Below, piece after piece: positions 29,801 to 46,069 of a stretch of 64,000 nucleotides of DNA. Position 1 is the stretch's first letter, and each line of letters opens with the position of its first letter. The notes under the pieces are model-generated. The model had not been told where the DNA came from, made no database searches, and saw only the letters and a program-made list of their open reading frames with translations. Made by a program: the position numbers and the translations under genes. This DNA comes from Eledone cirrhosa. Lineage: Eukaryota. The stretch lies in contig OZ024740.1 in the NCBI GenBank assembly GCA_964016885.1, positions 309,938,001 to 310,002,000 of the forward strand, written 5' to 3'.

Positions 29801-30255
29801 TTAAAGAATGACCTGTAGTATCGAATTTCATACTATAAAACTGAATTGAATATATATCTGACCAGGAATGCTTTTTGTGAAAATCAGTCATATGGAACTA
29901 TTGTCATCTTGCTTGACGGTTTGAATTTTACAACACCACCTGCCTCTTTGAGGTCAAAAATACCAACCCTACTAGCATCTACAAACTGACCAATGAGAAC
30001 TAAGATTATTCCTGCTGACAACATTAAATTATCCCTAACAAGCTCATATGTGCCAAGGCTCTGATACCACCAACACCATAAACACAGAGCTGGCATATCT
30101 AAGAACTGACTAACTGCCTGATGCGGTCATAGCCATTCAATGACTATCATCGAAATATATATAGCAGTAAATAAAGGATTATAAGTTGATGCAATTGACT
30201 TATGTTTCGTCACCATATATATATACATGTATACACACACACACACATACACACA

Positions 30256-30344
<89 letters not shown>

Positions 30345-30359
30345 GCCGTTACGTGAATG

Positions 30360-31630
30360 TTTGAACCAATGGCCAATCAGTTGACGGCATTGTGATGATG
30401 CGTCGCGATTTCAGTTACTAATCTTTTACCATGTTGGCTGTCACGTTCAGTCATAGTCGACGCGGACTGGAATCGAATTCTGTCGATCGATTGGTTATTG
30501 ATTAGGCGAAACCGGCCGAGGAAGCGACATGAACCGATTGTGTATTGTCGCATAATAAAGGCAGACAGTGGATACTGTGCACTCTATTGTTGCATAAGTG
30601 TGGCAGAAACTCGAGTTCGGATTTGTTTGAAGGTAGCCATTTACGTGTGTTGTTTTAAAGCGAATAACTATGTCCCTACTCTAGAAGTTTACTTAAAATT
30701 ACCTATTGAGTACGCTAAGATGCAGCCGATACTAGCAGTGAAATCCATGCTGGTTCCTTCAGCTTATTATTTTTATTTTCTCTCTACCAGCAGATTAACA
30801 ATGAGAGTAAGTTGAAGAATTTTCCATTTTTTATTGTGTTTTGTTTAATATGCGCTCTAATGCATGTTATATCTTCCTCTCTCACCCACCTATTAAATTG
30901 TGTAATTTGTGAAATTGAACGGTTTACGCACGTGGTAGGTCGAAATATGTAGAATTCGAATTCTAACCAGCGCCCTAACTCTATATCGCTGTCTAATCGC
31001 CTGTTGTCATTTAATGTCCGGAAAGGTTTTAGGCACTACCATTGTTAATGCCACACTATTTCTCGGCATGGGACTTGAAAACTAGAGCAGAATGCTAGTA
31101 TTATATTGTAGAGTGATTGCAGGCTGATTTTTTTAATAACCGATTTTCACTTGCTTGTTAATTTATGTTTGAGACACGTTGACTGAGAGCTTATGGCAGG
31201 AGCGGAACTATTTGAATTTCGTCTCCTGCCGTCCGGTAAATTCCTGAACCAGTAGCCAATCGGTTGACGGCATTGTGATGACGCGTAAGGATTTCCGTGG
31301 CTAATGTTTTACTGTGTTGGCCGTCACATTTGGCCATATCCGACATAGACAGGAATCGAATTCTGTCGATCGATTGATTATTGATTAGCCAAACCCCGCT
31401 GATGAAGCCACATGTGTCGATTGTGCGTTGTTGCATAATAAATGCAGACAGTGGAGGCTCTGCACTTTATTGCTGAGTTAAGTGTGGCAGAAACTCGAGT
31501 TCGTATAACATTTGAAGATACCCGTTTAAGTTCGGTCTATTAAATCCAATAACTAGGTCACTACTCTGGAGTTTACCTAACATTACCTATTGAGTATGCT
31601 GAGATGAAACCCATGCTGGCGCCATCAACT
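30360..31630 (+). mobile_element. Two diverged ~400-bp direct repeats (30360-30765, 31243-31630), each with a long-stem-II hammerhead motif
   Basis: Shared blocks GCCAATC.GTTGACGGCATTGTGATGA, GGAATCGAATTCTGTCGATCGATTG, AAGTGTGGCAGAAACTCGAGTTCG and ATTACCTATTGAGTA. Confidence 0.85.
31397..31503 (+). ncRNA. Hammerhead ribozyme with ~70-nt insertion in stem II (decayed copy at 30512-30620)
   Basis: CG-CUGAUGA-A-GCCACA...[AAUAAA-UGCAGA...UCUGCA-C-UUUAUU]...UGUGGC-A-GAAA-CUCGAG-UU^-CG; stem III is the palindrome ACUCGAGU. Confidence 0.7.
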
Positions 31631-31661
<31 letters not shown>

Positions 31662-31929
31662 GAAGTAATTCCATCGGAAAAGTCCAGGAAAAACGAGTGC
31701 TCTATGTAGGTAATAGAGCTTAATAGTTATGTAATAAACAACATAAGGCAATTATTTCATTTACCAGTGGTTTCTTAAAAGCAAAAACATTTTGCTTTCA
31801 ATCATCAGAATGAAAAAATCCTGGCGTATTTATTGACGTTGGATTTTAAAAACAAAAATGGAATCTATATGAAAGTGAGGCTGGAAAATGAAGAAGGAAA
31901 GGAAAAATAAAATAAAATCACACAAGCAA

Positions 31930-32593
31930 ACACACACACACATAAATATATACATACATATATATATATATACATACACATACATACACACGCACATATA
32001 TACACACACACACATATATATGTGTATATATATATACATACACATACATATACACATACATACATACACACATAAATATCAACATATCCATACATACACA
32101 TACATATATACAACCACACACACACATATATATATATATACACATACACATACATATACATACACATATACATACACATACATACATACATACATACATA
32201 CATACATACACACAATCATACGTATATACACACGTACATACATACACATATATACACACATATATACACGCATACATACGCATGCACAAAAATAGAAATG
32301 TATACAGACACCTCTACATACTCGCACACACAAATACATATAAGAAAAAATATATATAATAAAAAACATAAAAATGAATATAAAGACTATTATAATGTTG
32401 ACAGCGATACAGGCAACAAATAAATGAACAAACACACGTAGTAAGCAATACACACAAATGCACGTACACATACATACGTAAAAATAAATACATACACACA
32501 CTCTCACACATAAATATACATATACAAATACATAAACACATACACACGCATACACAAATACATACACACACACATATATACATATATACACAC

Positions 32594-32642
<49 letters not shown>

Positions 32643-32780
32643 CACATACATACATAACCATACACATATAAACATACATATACAAACATATCACAAACAC
32701 GTACATACAAATACAAACACACACATATATATATGTGTGTAAAACTCATTCTTAGATAATTCATATGAACCTTATTTAAC

Positions 32781-32845
<65 letters not shown>

Positions 32846-32980
32846 CATATATATACATACACATATATACACATACATACATACTCACATACACATATAT
32901 ACCTACACACACATATATACATACACATACGTATGCATACGTACATACACACACACACACATATATACATATATAACTCA

Positions 32981-33008
<28 letters not shown>
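31930..33008. repeat. Degenerate (TACA/TA/CA) microsatellite field
   Basis: Visible low-complexity repeat. Confidence 0.9.
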
Positions 33009-33012
<4 letters not shown>

Positions 33013-33499
33013 AAGAACATAATTATTATATAAATATATATAAAAAATAAATATTGTATATATAAAAGGTAAGTAAGGTGTGGGAATTCAAGGATAAAAA
33101 CATCCCGTACTCTATCGATTGGTCTATTTTAGACCATTCGAGGGGAGTACCAGAGGGTCACAAAGAATTGTTCTTTGTGTACCACAGAAAAATTTAGGAT
33201 TTTGCTAAACTTGAAAGCCACTTCTGCTTGCCTGAACTCAAAGACCGAGATCTTCAGATGTTGTCCTCATCTGAAATCACATCTGATCTTTAACTCCTTC
33301 CCTGCTCTTTACTTCCACTACGATTTTTTTACCTGCTGAATCCACATTCTGTACTCTTGTATTCTCTTTCTCCCTTATCTCCCCTTATATTTAAACCTTT
33401 TCCTATGTCATTTATTTCCCCCCTCTTTTCCCCCCTATTTGTTTGCCTTACCCTTCACATACCAACAATTTTTTTATTTTTAGATATTCATTTTTTTTG

Positions 33500-33962
<463 letters not shown>

Positions 33963-34065
33963 GTGAGGTTTTTTTTACAAAATGAAAAACAACCGAGGTG
34001 TCCTACACGAGTGAAAGTATAAGGAAAAAAGATGAAATCGAAAATGCAACTGGAGTCTTTTTTTT

Positions 34066-35868
<1,803 letters not shown>

Positions 35869-36524
35869 GGATGGAGGCTGATTACAGAAGAAAAATTACT
35901 ATTTCAATAATTTCAGTAAGAACACAAAATATGTATATATATTTTTATTTTCACCCGAACATGATTTCCTTCTTCCAAAATTATATCTAGTACGAGTGCA
36001 GGAATATGGATGTTATATACAAACTATTATCCACGCAGTGATCGTATGTATATACACATATATTTAATGGATCCTATGATTCATCGAACCATTCAATAAC
36101 ATATTAGCTCACCAATTAATGTATATGTTATGTGTGCCGAGAACGAGATATACACACGCACACACACATGTATGTATGTATGTATGTATGTATGTATGTA
36201 TGAATGTATGTATGTATATATACATGTATAGACGTATGTATGTATGAATGTATACATGTATACATGTATGTATGTATGCATGTATGTAGGTATATGTGCA
36301 TATATTATACTGTAGTTAGAATAGTAAAAAGGTTTCTGGCATTTCAAACGTATGAAATCTCATGTCTAATAATATAATAATTTGTAATTGCATTAAATGC
36401 AAGATTTGGCAAATTGATCAGACAGAAATGGATTATTAAAATATATAATTAATATCTAATACAAGCTTGCTGTAAGGATTGGTACGTATTATGCATATAT
36501 GCACATTAATAGTAATAATAATAG

Positions 36525-36627
<103 letters not shown>

Positions 36628-36887
36628 TTTATATATATATACACACATATATATATATATATATGTATGTGTGTGTATATATAATGATGTGTGTGGAGAT
36701 ATGTTTCTATATCGAAATACAGGTGCTCCAACTCACATCAATGTCATTATGGATATTCCATGTTATCAGAAATATTTCTTTACGAAATAAGTATCTCTAT
36801 TAAGTAAAGTATAATTCCAAGAACTGTGAAATCGGTAGAATAAATATTCTTAAAAAGATGCCAGTTCCATTTCTGCTTTCTTTTCCT

Positions 36888-36939
<52 letters not shown>

Positions 36940-36964
36940 CGTCTTATGGACTGAGTGTTCTTGC

Positions 36965-37055
36965 TCACTCTTTGATATTTCCACTTAACTTTAACTTCAG
37001 TATATATATATATATATATACTGAAGTAAAAGTTAAGTGGGAATATCAAAAGTGA
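36965..37055. repeat. Palindrome centred on (TA)10
   Basis: TTTGATATTTCCACTTAACTTTAACTTCAG-(TA)n-CTGAAGTAAAAGTTAAGTGGGAATATCAAA. Confidence 0.85.
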
Positions 37056-37260
37056 CACAGAGGAGACTGAGGTTAGCTGGACATGCTCACCGACATCCAG
37101 AGTTGACATTGCACTCAGTGCTCCTGTGGGAGCCCCTACATGGACACACTGGAAGAGGAAGACCAAGGTTAACGTATGTTGATGCCCTAAGGACAGACAC
37201 TGGTCTGTTGGAGACGAAGCACAGGGCAGCGATAATGAGGAGAGAACTCGTCCATGGATC
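37040..37260 (+). pseudogene. RTE-clade LINE C-terminal fragment
   Basis: QRRLRLAGHAHRH...VLLWEPLHG..GRGRPRLTYVDAL, a typical RTE C-terminal motif. Confidence 0.8.
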
Positions 37261-37371
37261 TCGGGAATTTTATCCACCCTAGATATATATATATATACAT
37301 ATATAGTGGTAAAACACTGGAAGGTAATATTCGTAGTGGTAGAGCACTCAGTCCATGGGACGAGTTAGGTA

Positions 37372-37637
37372 GAAGTGGTTACACAAATGTTAGTTCACCA
37401 TACCGAGAACAATTGTTTCACCTTAGCGGATCCTCAGCTCGTAGGTTTGGCTTACTACGTGCTAGTTTGGCTTACTACCCTGCGAGCGCTCTCTATATCC
37501 TCGTGTCCTACACAACTTTCTGTCTCATCAACGTCAGTATGGATTTATACGAACTGTTTAAAAGATTACGAGCTGAGGATCCGCTGAGGCGAAACAATTG
37601 TTCTCGGTGTGGCGAACTAACTGTTGTGTAACCACTT
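37372..37637. mobile_element. Small element with ~70-bp inverted arms (37372-37443 / 37567-37637), each a hammerhead motif
   Basis: The arms are reverse complements, and the element is flanked by TA repeats. Confidence 0.85.
37569..37606 (+). ncRNA. Minimal type I hammerhead ribozyme (inverted copy at 37404-37441, - strand)
   Basis: CGAG-CUGAGGA-U-CC(GCUGA)GG-C-GAAA-CAAUUG-UU^-CUCG; stem III is the palindrome ACAAUUGU. Confidence 0.8.
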
Positions 37638-38022
37638 TTGTATATATATATATATATATATGCGTGTGGGTGTGTACTAAATTTCGTTGAGCTGATAAAA
37701 GAAAAAGAGCCCGACAACTTTGATAATTAAGGTATGTGATTATAAGACGTATATATATGTTTTTATATTCATCCCAACAGCTTTTCCTTTTACCCAAAAT
37801 ATATCTAATAGTTGTGTATACATGTGCATGTTGCAATGATATACAGATCATTCTCCTGACACAATTAGTACGTATATTCACATATTTTGCATTCTAAAAT
37901 AGAGGGAGTATTCTATAGCAAACAGCCTCACGAAAAACGCACAAACACAAACATACACACGGTCACATATATAATATTGGACATTGAGCAATAAATCATA
38001 TATATATATATATATATATATA

Positions 38023-39590
38023 TAAGAGAGTATTGAAGTTTGCTTGAAGCATTGTGGAATAAGTCGTTTGGAAGCCTCGACAATGCAAGACACGGCGACA
38101 AGAATCTATGAGACGTTCAACAACACGGACGAGAACATTGACTTCAGTGTTGAACACCCCAACGAAGACGGGTCACTTGCCCTCCTCGACTTCCGAATCA
38201 ACATCACGGAACAGGGAAGGATCCACTGCAACTTCTACCGAAAGGCAGCCTGCAGGGACCTGTTCGTTCACTACAAGTCCGCCCTCCCAACAGTGCCAAA
38301 AGAGGATACATCACGAACGAGATCGCGCGAATCAAAAACAGATGCAGCGATCCCGCGAGTGGTGTCACTCATACCAAGCGATTCCTCGAGGTGCTGGAGA
38401 CGAACGGGTACCCTACCTCGATCACAGACAGAATAGGAGACACCAGACACAAGAGACAGAGAGGCACCCAAGGCAAGTGCTTCCTTAAAATTCCACATCT
38501 GGGCGAGAATACCACCAACGCTATCCGCAAGGCTATACGGAGGGAGGGCCTCGACATCCACCCGGCCCACTCGGGCCCCTCCCTGCAAAGATGCCTCACC
38601 AAGAAACCCGGGAAATCTACTGACGCATGCTCCCTCAGAGACTGCCCGATACGCCATGCGAACTGTTGCCTACGCACATACGTCGTGTATAAGATAGAAT
38701 GTGACAGGTGCAACCAATACTACATAGGTAGCACAATCCGACCTTTGCACATCCGGATCAAGGAACACACTAAAACCAGGGCCTCGTCTTTCCGGAAACA
38801 CATTGACAAATGCGGAAACAAAGACGGAAAGCCCATTGTCACAATTCTAGCGACTGAAAGAAACGTCGGCACGTTACGTATCAAGGAAGCACTTTTTATC
38901 AAACGCCTGCAATCGCAAATAAACAACCGATTAGAGAGAAGCGAAATGAGATGGCTGGTTTAAGTTAACAAACGATGTAGCAACACACAACACACGCACA
39001 CACAATCGAGACAACTACACATACACACACACACACAGTAGCATTCCCCCATACGAACATACTACACTGCCAATACAGAGGAAGAAGGCAACTACACACG
39101 CACACACACACACACTCAAGCGAGACAACAACACACGCACACACACACACAGTAACATTTAACAAACAGGCAGAGAATGGACTGACAGCTAGCGCCACCC
39201 CACTCCCTCATTCGGCCACTGACCTCTGCCCAACCGACCCCATTTCACGCGCACGCGCGCTCTGCCGAATACCTCAGATATTCAAAACAACAAACAGCGG
39301 AGGACGCGTTTCGCACCTGTCCGACAGACAACATTTACCCCGGAAAAAACCCCAGTTGATAGATGTGAATCCGAAATATATAAGGACTATTAAATCTCTC
39401 CCAAGGTAACTCTCTCTTGTGTTGTTATTTTTATTTTATCCTTTATACTCTTCCCTTCTTTCTTCTACACATTTACACATCTTTACACACCACGCATCTC
39501 AATACACCCACTTACATCTCTCTCTCCACCACCGGATCTTGTTACCCGGAGATTTACCCATTTGCATTGTCGAGGCTTCCAAACGACTTA
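38023..39590 (+). mobile_element. 5'-truncated Penelope-like element with 3' pseudo-LTR and inverted 5' pLTR tip
   Basis: RT C-terminus plus GIY-YIG coding region. 38058-38087 is the reverse complement of 39561-39590. (TA)n lies on both flanks. Confidence 0.92.
38088..38963 (+). pseudogene. PLE RT thumb region plus GIY-YIG endonuclease (one frameshift near 38295)
   Basis: FSVEHPNEDGSLALLDFRI...FYRK...HYKSALP / LETNGYP...YVVYKIECDRCNQYYIGSTIRPLHIRIKEH...IKEALFIKRLQSQIN. Confidence 0.92.
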
Positions 39591-39616
39591 TATATATATA
39601 TATAAATATCTTTGTG

Positions 39617-40218
<602 letters not shown>

Positions 40219-40275
40219 TTTGTTTCGACACGCGATTTCATATAAAAAACCTCGCAAAATTAAAAAAAAAAAAAA

Positions 40276-40331
<56 letters not shown>

Positions 40332-40410
40332 GGAGGTGAGTTTTATTGTAGTACAATAAAGCAATGCAGATATCGGATAAGTAGAAGTCTACAGTTATAT
40401 TGGAGTATAA

Positions 40411-41944
40411 ATAATATATAAGATCAAAAGATGGTTAAAAGAGTTCCATGTATTTTATTATGCGCATTTCAAAAACAAATATCATTATGCAATAACATTT
40501 GCGTTTTCGTCAGATAAAATAGGGAGACATGATATGAAGGTTAAAACACACTTGTGAATAGTGCAGTTTTAAATCAACATATGAAAAGTAGTTTTAGATT
40601 GATGTGTGATATTGGGAAAAAAATTGAGGGGGGGGGGTGGAAAGGATGAAAAAGAGAGGAGATGAGAGTAAAAAGTGGAGGGGGGAGGAGTATAATGAGG
40701 AAGGATGAGATAGGAGGAGAGATAGCTTTTAAAACTGAGAAAAATATATTGTTTTACATAGAGAGGTTGAAAAACCGTTGGAAGATAATATATAAATTAA
40801 AAGAATTTGAAAATTAACGAAGAGAAAAATTTTAGAATAATGTTAAATTAAGGTTTGTATATTTAAGGGTTTAATAATATGTGCGATGAAAAGAAATTGT
40901 TAATATGTATTGAGAATAATATTTAAGGGTTTAATAATATGTGCGATGGAAAGAAATTGTTGATATGTATTATTAAAAAATATAAAAATATAACAATAAT
41001 AATATAATTAAGGATATATTGTAAAAGAAGTAGAAGAGTGGATGAATAAGTGTAATATGTATAAGTTAGATGAGCATGAAAGGGAGAAAAAAATAATGAA
41101 TTGAGGATGAATAATCTAACGTCAAAAAAATGTTTATGTTTACGAAGGATTTTTTCAAGGTGATATGAAGTAAGAATATATTGTGCTGTGTAATAATGAA
41201 TCCTTCGTAAACAAACATTTTTTTGACGTTAGATTATTCATCCTCAATTCATTATTTTTTTCTCCCTTTCATGCTCATCTTACTTATACATATTACACTT
41301 ATTCATCCACTCTTCTACTTCTTTCACAATATATCCTTAATTACATTGCTATTGTTATATTTTTATATTTTTTAATAATACATATCAACAATTTCTTTCC
41401 ATCACACATATTATTAAACCCTTAAATATTATTCTTAATACATATTAACAATTTCTTTTCATCGCACATATTATTAAACCCTTAAATATAGAAACCTTAA
41501 TTTAACATTATTCTAAAATTTTTCTCTTCGTTAATTTTCAAATTCTTTTAATTTATATATTATCTTCCAACGGTTTTTCAACCTCTCTATGTAAAACAAT
41601 ATATTTTTCTCAGTTATAAAAGCTATCTCTCTCTCTCTATCACCCATCTCTCCTCCTATCTCATCCTTCCTCATTAAACTCCTCCCCCTCCACTTTTTAC
41701 TCTCATCTCCTCCTCTTTTTCATCCTTTCCCCCCCCCTCAATTTTTTTCCCAATATCACACATCAATCTAAAACTACTTTTCATATGTTGATTTAAAACT
41801 GCACTATTCACAAGTGTGTTTTAACCTTCATATCATGTCTCCCTATTTTATCTGACGAAATCGCAAATGTTATTGCATGATGATATTTGTTTTTGAAATG
41901 CGCATAATAAAATACATGGAACTCTTTTAACCATCTTTTGATCT

Positions 41945-41954
<10 letters not shown>
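40411..41954. mobile_element. Large fold-back: ~740-bp inverted arms (40411-41151 / 41199-41954) with a 47-nt spacer and a hammerhead near each outer end
   Basis: The arms are near-perfect reverse complements, including an internal 60-bp tandem duplication. Confidence 0.92.
41844..41914 (+). ncRNA. Type I hammerhead ribozyme with long stem II (inverted copy at 40451-40521, - strand)
   Basis: UAUUUUAU-CUGACGA-AA..GCAAAUGUUAUU(GCAU)(G/A)AUGAUAUUUGU-UUUU-GAAA-UGCGCA-UA^-AUAAAAUA: 8-bp stem I and palindromic stem III AUGCGCAU. Confidence 0.82.
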
Positions 41955-41986
<32 letters not shown>

Positions 41987-41995
41987 GAGATATAT

Positions 41996-42123
41996 ATAAC
42001 AAAGGAATTGTGGTAAGGAACCAGATGGACGACCATAACGCACCAGAGTACTCAATACTTAGGGTAGTAGAGTGTGAAATAGGAAAAAGTATGACTCCGA
42101 CGGCAGAGCTCAAGCCGTTTCGA
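41996..42123 (-). mobile_element. Family X copy
   Basis: Same as 6160-6285; ends at ...CAAGCCGTTTCGA. Confidence 0.8.
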
Positions 42124-43035
42124 TACATATATATAAATACGTAGGAATATGTGCATAGTTGTCATTATTGAAGTGATTACTAAATTGACAGAGTTTCTTT
42201 TGAAACGCTTCAATCCCAAAGCTACTGTGTAAGCCTTATTAAGGACTCCAGCTCGGCTTTATATATCCAACAAGCATGTGGACGACCTCATGTACACGAC
42301 GGGTACTGGTCTCTGTCAGAACATTAAGACATGGTTGTGTTTTTACATAGTTAATTTTAATATCCATATGCGCATTTTCGCGATGTCTGCTTAATATTAG
42401 GTTATCGTAATTTAGGCTGACATGGCTTTTTCAAACATTACACGTAAACTAACTGTTACACGACAAATATATGAAGTTGTTCATATGGTTAACCGTGAGA
42501 CTTCTTCCCATCGTGTCTTGTGATCATTTACCATATGCTAGTCGCATTAATCTAGCTCGCTGTCTGTCTGTGCAGTCTCTCTATGGTGGCTGGTTAAAGA
42601 TACTTTTCACTTTGTATCAGGCGTCCTTCTATGTCATACCGTACTTAAGATTATTAATGGGTTTTCTCGTCTGTTTCCTCTACGTTTACCCAGTCCTACT
42701 ATCAGATGTTGTAATATACGCATAATTTAGTCACCGAGTCTCCTTTCGGCAATAAAATGTTAATTTCAGCTTTGAATCGAATAAATTGTTTCAGTGTCTT
42801 TTTTCCACATTATGATATTCTAGTCAAGTGGCTTGCAGCACAGTTAGGTATAGGGTTACGTCTCTCAGGAACTAATATGCATGACGATATGCTGTTATAT
42901 CACGAGTGTGTAAACGTGTGCAGAGACAATTAAACTGATTATTTTATATGGCATATAATATATCGTGAACAATACAAAGATCATCATTATCATCATCTTC
43001 TTCTTCTTTTTCCTTTTATTTCTTTTTCTTTTTCT

Positions 43036-43280
43036 ATTTCTTTTTATTTATGTTTTTTCTTCTTCTTCTTCTTCTTCTTCTTCTTCTTCTTCTTCTTCTT
43101 CTTCTTCTTCTTCTTCTTCTTCTTCTTCTTCTTCTTCTTCTTCTTCTTCCCACTTATGCCTGAGAGGGTCGTTGGGGAGGATTCCTTAAACACTCCTGCC
43201 GGTGGGTCCTGTCAAAACCAACCGGCTCCATCAGATCCGGCTGGTCCCCAAGCGAGACCAGCAAATCAGATAACAAATAA
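43036..43280 (-). mobile_element. RTE-clade LINE 3' tip with long (GAA)n tail
   Basis: Minus frame LSDLLVSLGDQPDLMEPVGFDRTHRQECLRNPPQRPSQA* followed by (GAA)n, seen as (TTC)n at 43036-43149. Confidence 0.65.
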
Positions 43281-43636
43281 AACTCTCTTTGGAAGCAATT
43301 TTCTGTGCATCCATACGCAAATACATATATAGACACATATATTTCATACACTGGATAGGCAATATAGGCAATCACACACAAACACAGATACATGAATCTT
43401 AACACACATACGCACAAACGTCCAAAACAAATATATGGATATGTCTGTGTATGTGACAGTTTGTATGCATGGATGCACCTTAGGGCGTACACAAGTGCAT
43501 GTGTAAACATGCACATAAGAGTACATTTTTTACACATACACTCCACATATCTACACGGATTGAACATCAAATATCTCCTATTAGATGTATCACATACACT
43601 TACATATCTTTTCATGCATAAGTATATATATATACA

Positions 43637-43692
<56 letters not shown>

Positions 43693-43930
43693 GTATATAT
43701 ATATACGTGCGCGGGTACATCTAGACCTGTTTCATTCTATGTATCCGCTATACACCGAAGACATTCAGAGTACACAACTTCAACAGAAATACGAAGTATC
43801 GTGTTATATAAAAACAGATCTCGTGTACGAAGCACAAAGAGCTTAACAAATATGGACAGCAATAGACTGTTTCAGGGAGTACGAGTCCTGTGTGGCTCAT
43901 AAAAGAACCATTATTATTACTATTAGTACG

Positions 43931-44495
43931 TGGATTGGCAGTATCGGTAGAGGGTCGGACGCCATGCTTTCCAGCATAGTTACATCCCTTTACGATCTGA
44001 GTTCAAATCCCGCCGAGGTTGACTTTGCCTTTCATCCTTACGGGGTCGATAAAATAAAGTACCAGTAATGCACTGGTTAATTGCTGGCCTTGTGCCAAAA
44101 GTAGAAACAATTATTACTATTAGTACGGTGGAATGATAGTATCACAAGGTCATCGGATAACATGCTTTGCAACATACTTTTACGGCCCTTTTTGTTCAAA
44201 GCCCGCTGAAGTTAGCCGTACCTTTCATCAAAGGAACCAGTAATGCACTGGATAAAATCCAATCGACTTTCTGCTCACCAAAATTCGTTGACCTTGTGCC
44301 TAAATCAGAAACAATTATTATTAGGGTGATGTTTTGAGAATATCGGCAGTGCATCGAAGAACATGCTTTTTACCATAGTGTTACGATCCTTTGCGTTCTG
44401 ATTTCGAATTCTGCCGATGTTAGCTTTGCTTTTCATCCTTTCGGGATAGGTGAAATTAACCAGCAACAAAGCACTGGGATCGATTTAATCGACTT
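43931..44495 (+). mobile_element. Three head-to-tail SINE family A-related copies (young 43931-44110 with TSD; old 44128-44320 and 44325-44495)
   Basis: TSD ATTATTACTATTAGTACG at 43913-43930 and 44110-44127. The downstream copies retain CATGCTTT, GTTC-like B boxes, TTTCATC and GCACTGG. Confidence 0.85.
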
Positions 44496-45479
44496 TATAT
44501 GTATATATTCTAGTACCAACATATTTTCAAATTTCATTTTTGACAATTAATTCAGTTCCCTTAATTATTTCCTCTGTAAAAGCATTGTTGTTTCCAGATG
44601 ATTTTGTTTATTAGTATTTTGATATTAGTTGAAATGTTAATTATTCAGAATGTTTCACTGTTTGCTTACATAACAAATCATTATTTGCTGCATCCTTTAG
44701 TAGTGACCAGTAAATTAGAATAAAAATACCTCAATATGCAACAAGAGAAATGTGGCATATACTTTATGTTGACATACACCTATATAATTGATTGATTCGG
44801 TGGTCATCCAGGTTACTACAATGTAAATTCGTTATTAAGTGGATAGTTAATATTTAATTGCAGCGAGAAAAATAAATATTGGTCGACACATTCCATATAG
44901 TATATTTTCCTCTACTGGTTAGCGGTCATTAGTTAGTGCGCATAGAGGAAAACTAGAATCACATTATTTATATAATTATATTGAAAACATTGCGTATTAT
45001 TGAACTCATAGAATCTGTCAATAATAATTGTAAAGATAATGTCACCAGAATTGCAGCAATGTTAAGTAGTTAAACACCATAAAGTGTTTATAAAATTTAT
45101 ACACAAGCACAATAATATACACCGGCACAAATATGTTTGTATATATATATGAGAGATGACCAAACTACCACTGTCACAAATCTTCCACCAAAAATCATTC
45201 GTAACCTTTGAGCTGCTGATGAAAGTACTTTCTAAAAGTTTCAGCTACTCAGATTGGACACGGAAACACATCGTTATTAAACGATCATCTTAATTAAACA
45301 CGCATAATAACATTTATCTACTTTTATCTCGCTACATGAATACTTATTTAATTGCAGATGTAAAGTTTATAAATGTGTATGTATGCATTGTGTGGCTCTT
45401 TAAATATATTGAGAGGTATGTTCCATATTTAAGTCGCATCTTTGTCGTGATCAGGTTTAGGATATCAGCAAAGTATTCT

Positions 45480-46000
45480 ATTCACCCGGGAGAATGCACC
45501 TCTCTGAATAGAAGAGGAGCCCAGAAGCGTTCCTGATAGCAGATGTGGAGGAGGTCTCATTACGAAGTCGGCGAATGAGCTGCCAGAACAGTTTATTTGC
45601 TGATCTGAAGTCAGATACGAGCTTAATTCCAAAGTCATCCAATGTCTTAACTTTGGAAGCATTTACAGCCTCTGCTGCGATTCTTCGTGCCTGCTTGTAC
45701 CGCATCTGCAAAAAAGAGGACTTATTTCCAAGCCAATCTGTGTATACCTCCCTCTTTGTTCGGATGGCATCTTTGATCTCTTGATTGAACCAACAGGTCC
45801 ATCTTCCATCCGGCGCCAGCGCAAAAAGCTCTTTGGCAGAAATACTAAGTAGAACAACCTCCCCTCTATCTCGACGTCTTCAGTTTTCCCAGGGAGTTCT
45901 CTGAATTTGAATTCAATAGCATCTGCATACTTGGTTCTGACTTCATTTTCCCCCAACGCTTTCCATTTTAGGTCACCCCCGCACTTGACAGTTTTGTGGG
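45480..46000 (-). pseudogene. RTE-clade LINE ORF fragment (endonuclease-RT linker)
   Basis: YKQARRIAAEAVNASKVKTLDDFGIKLVSDFRSANKLFWQLIRRLR and KYADAIEFKFRELP...DVEIE, frameshifted. Confidence 0.7.
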
Positions 46001-46069
46001 CTTCTTTGGTTTTAGGTAGATAGTTAGATGGTAATCAGTTGACTGCTCAGTCCCTCTCATAGAACGAGC

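Noticed and set aside
45215-45280. CTGATGA...GAAAC hammerhead candidate
   Set aside because: The stems do not pair in register.
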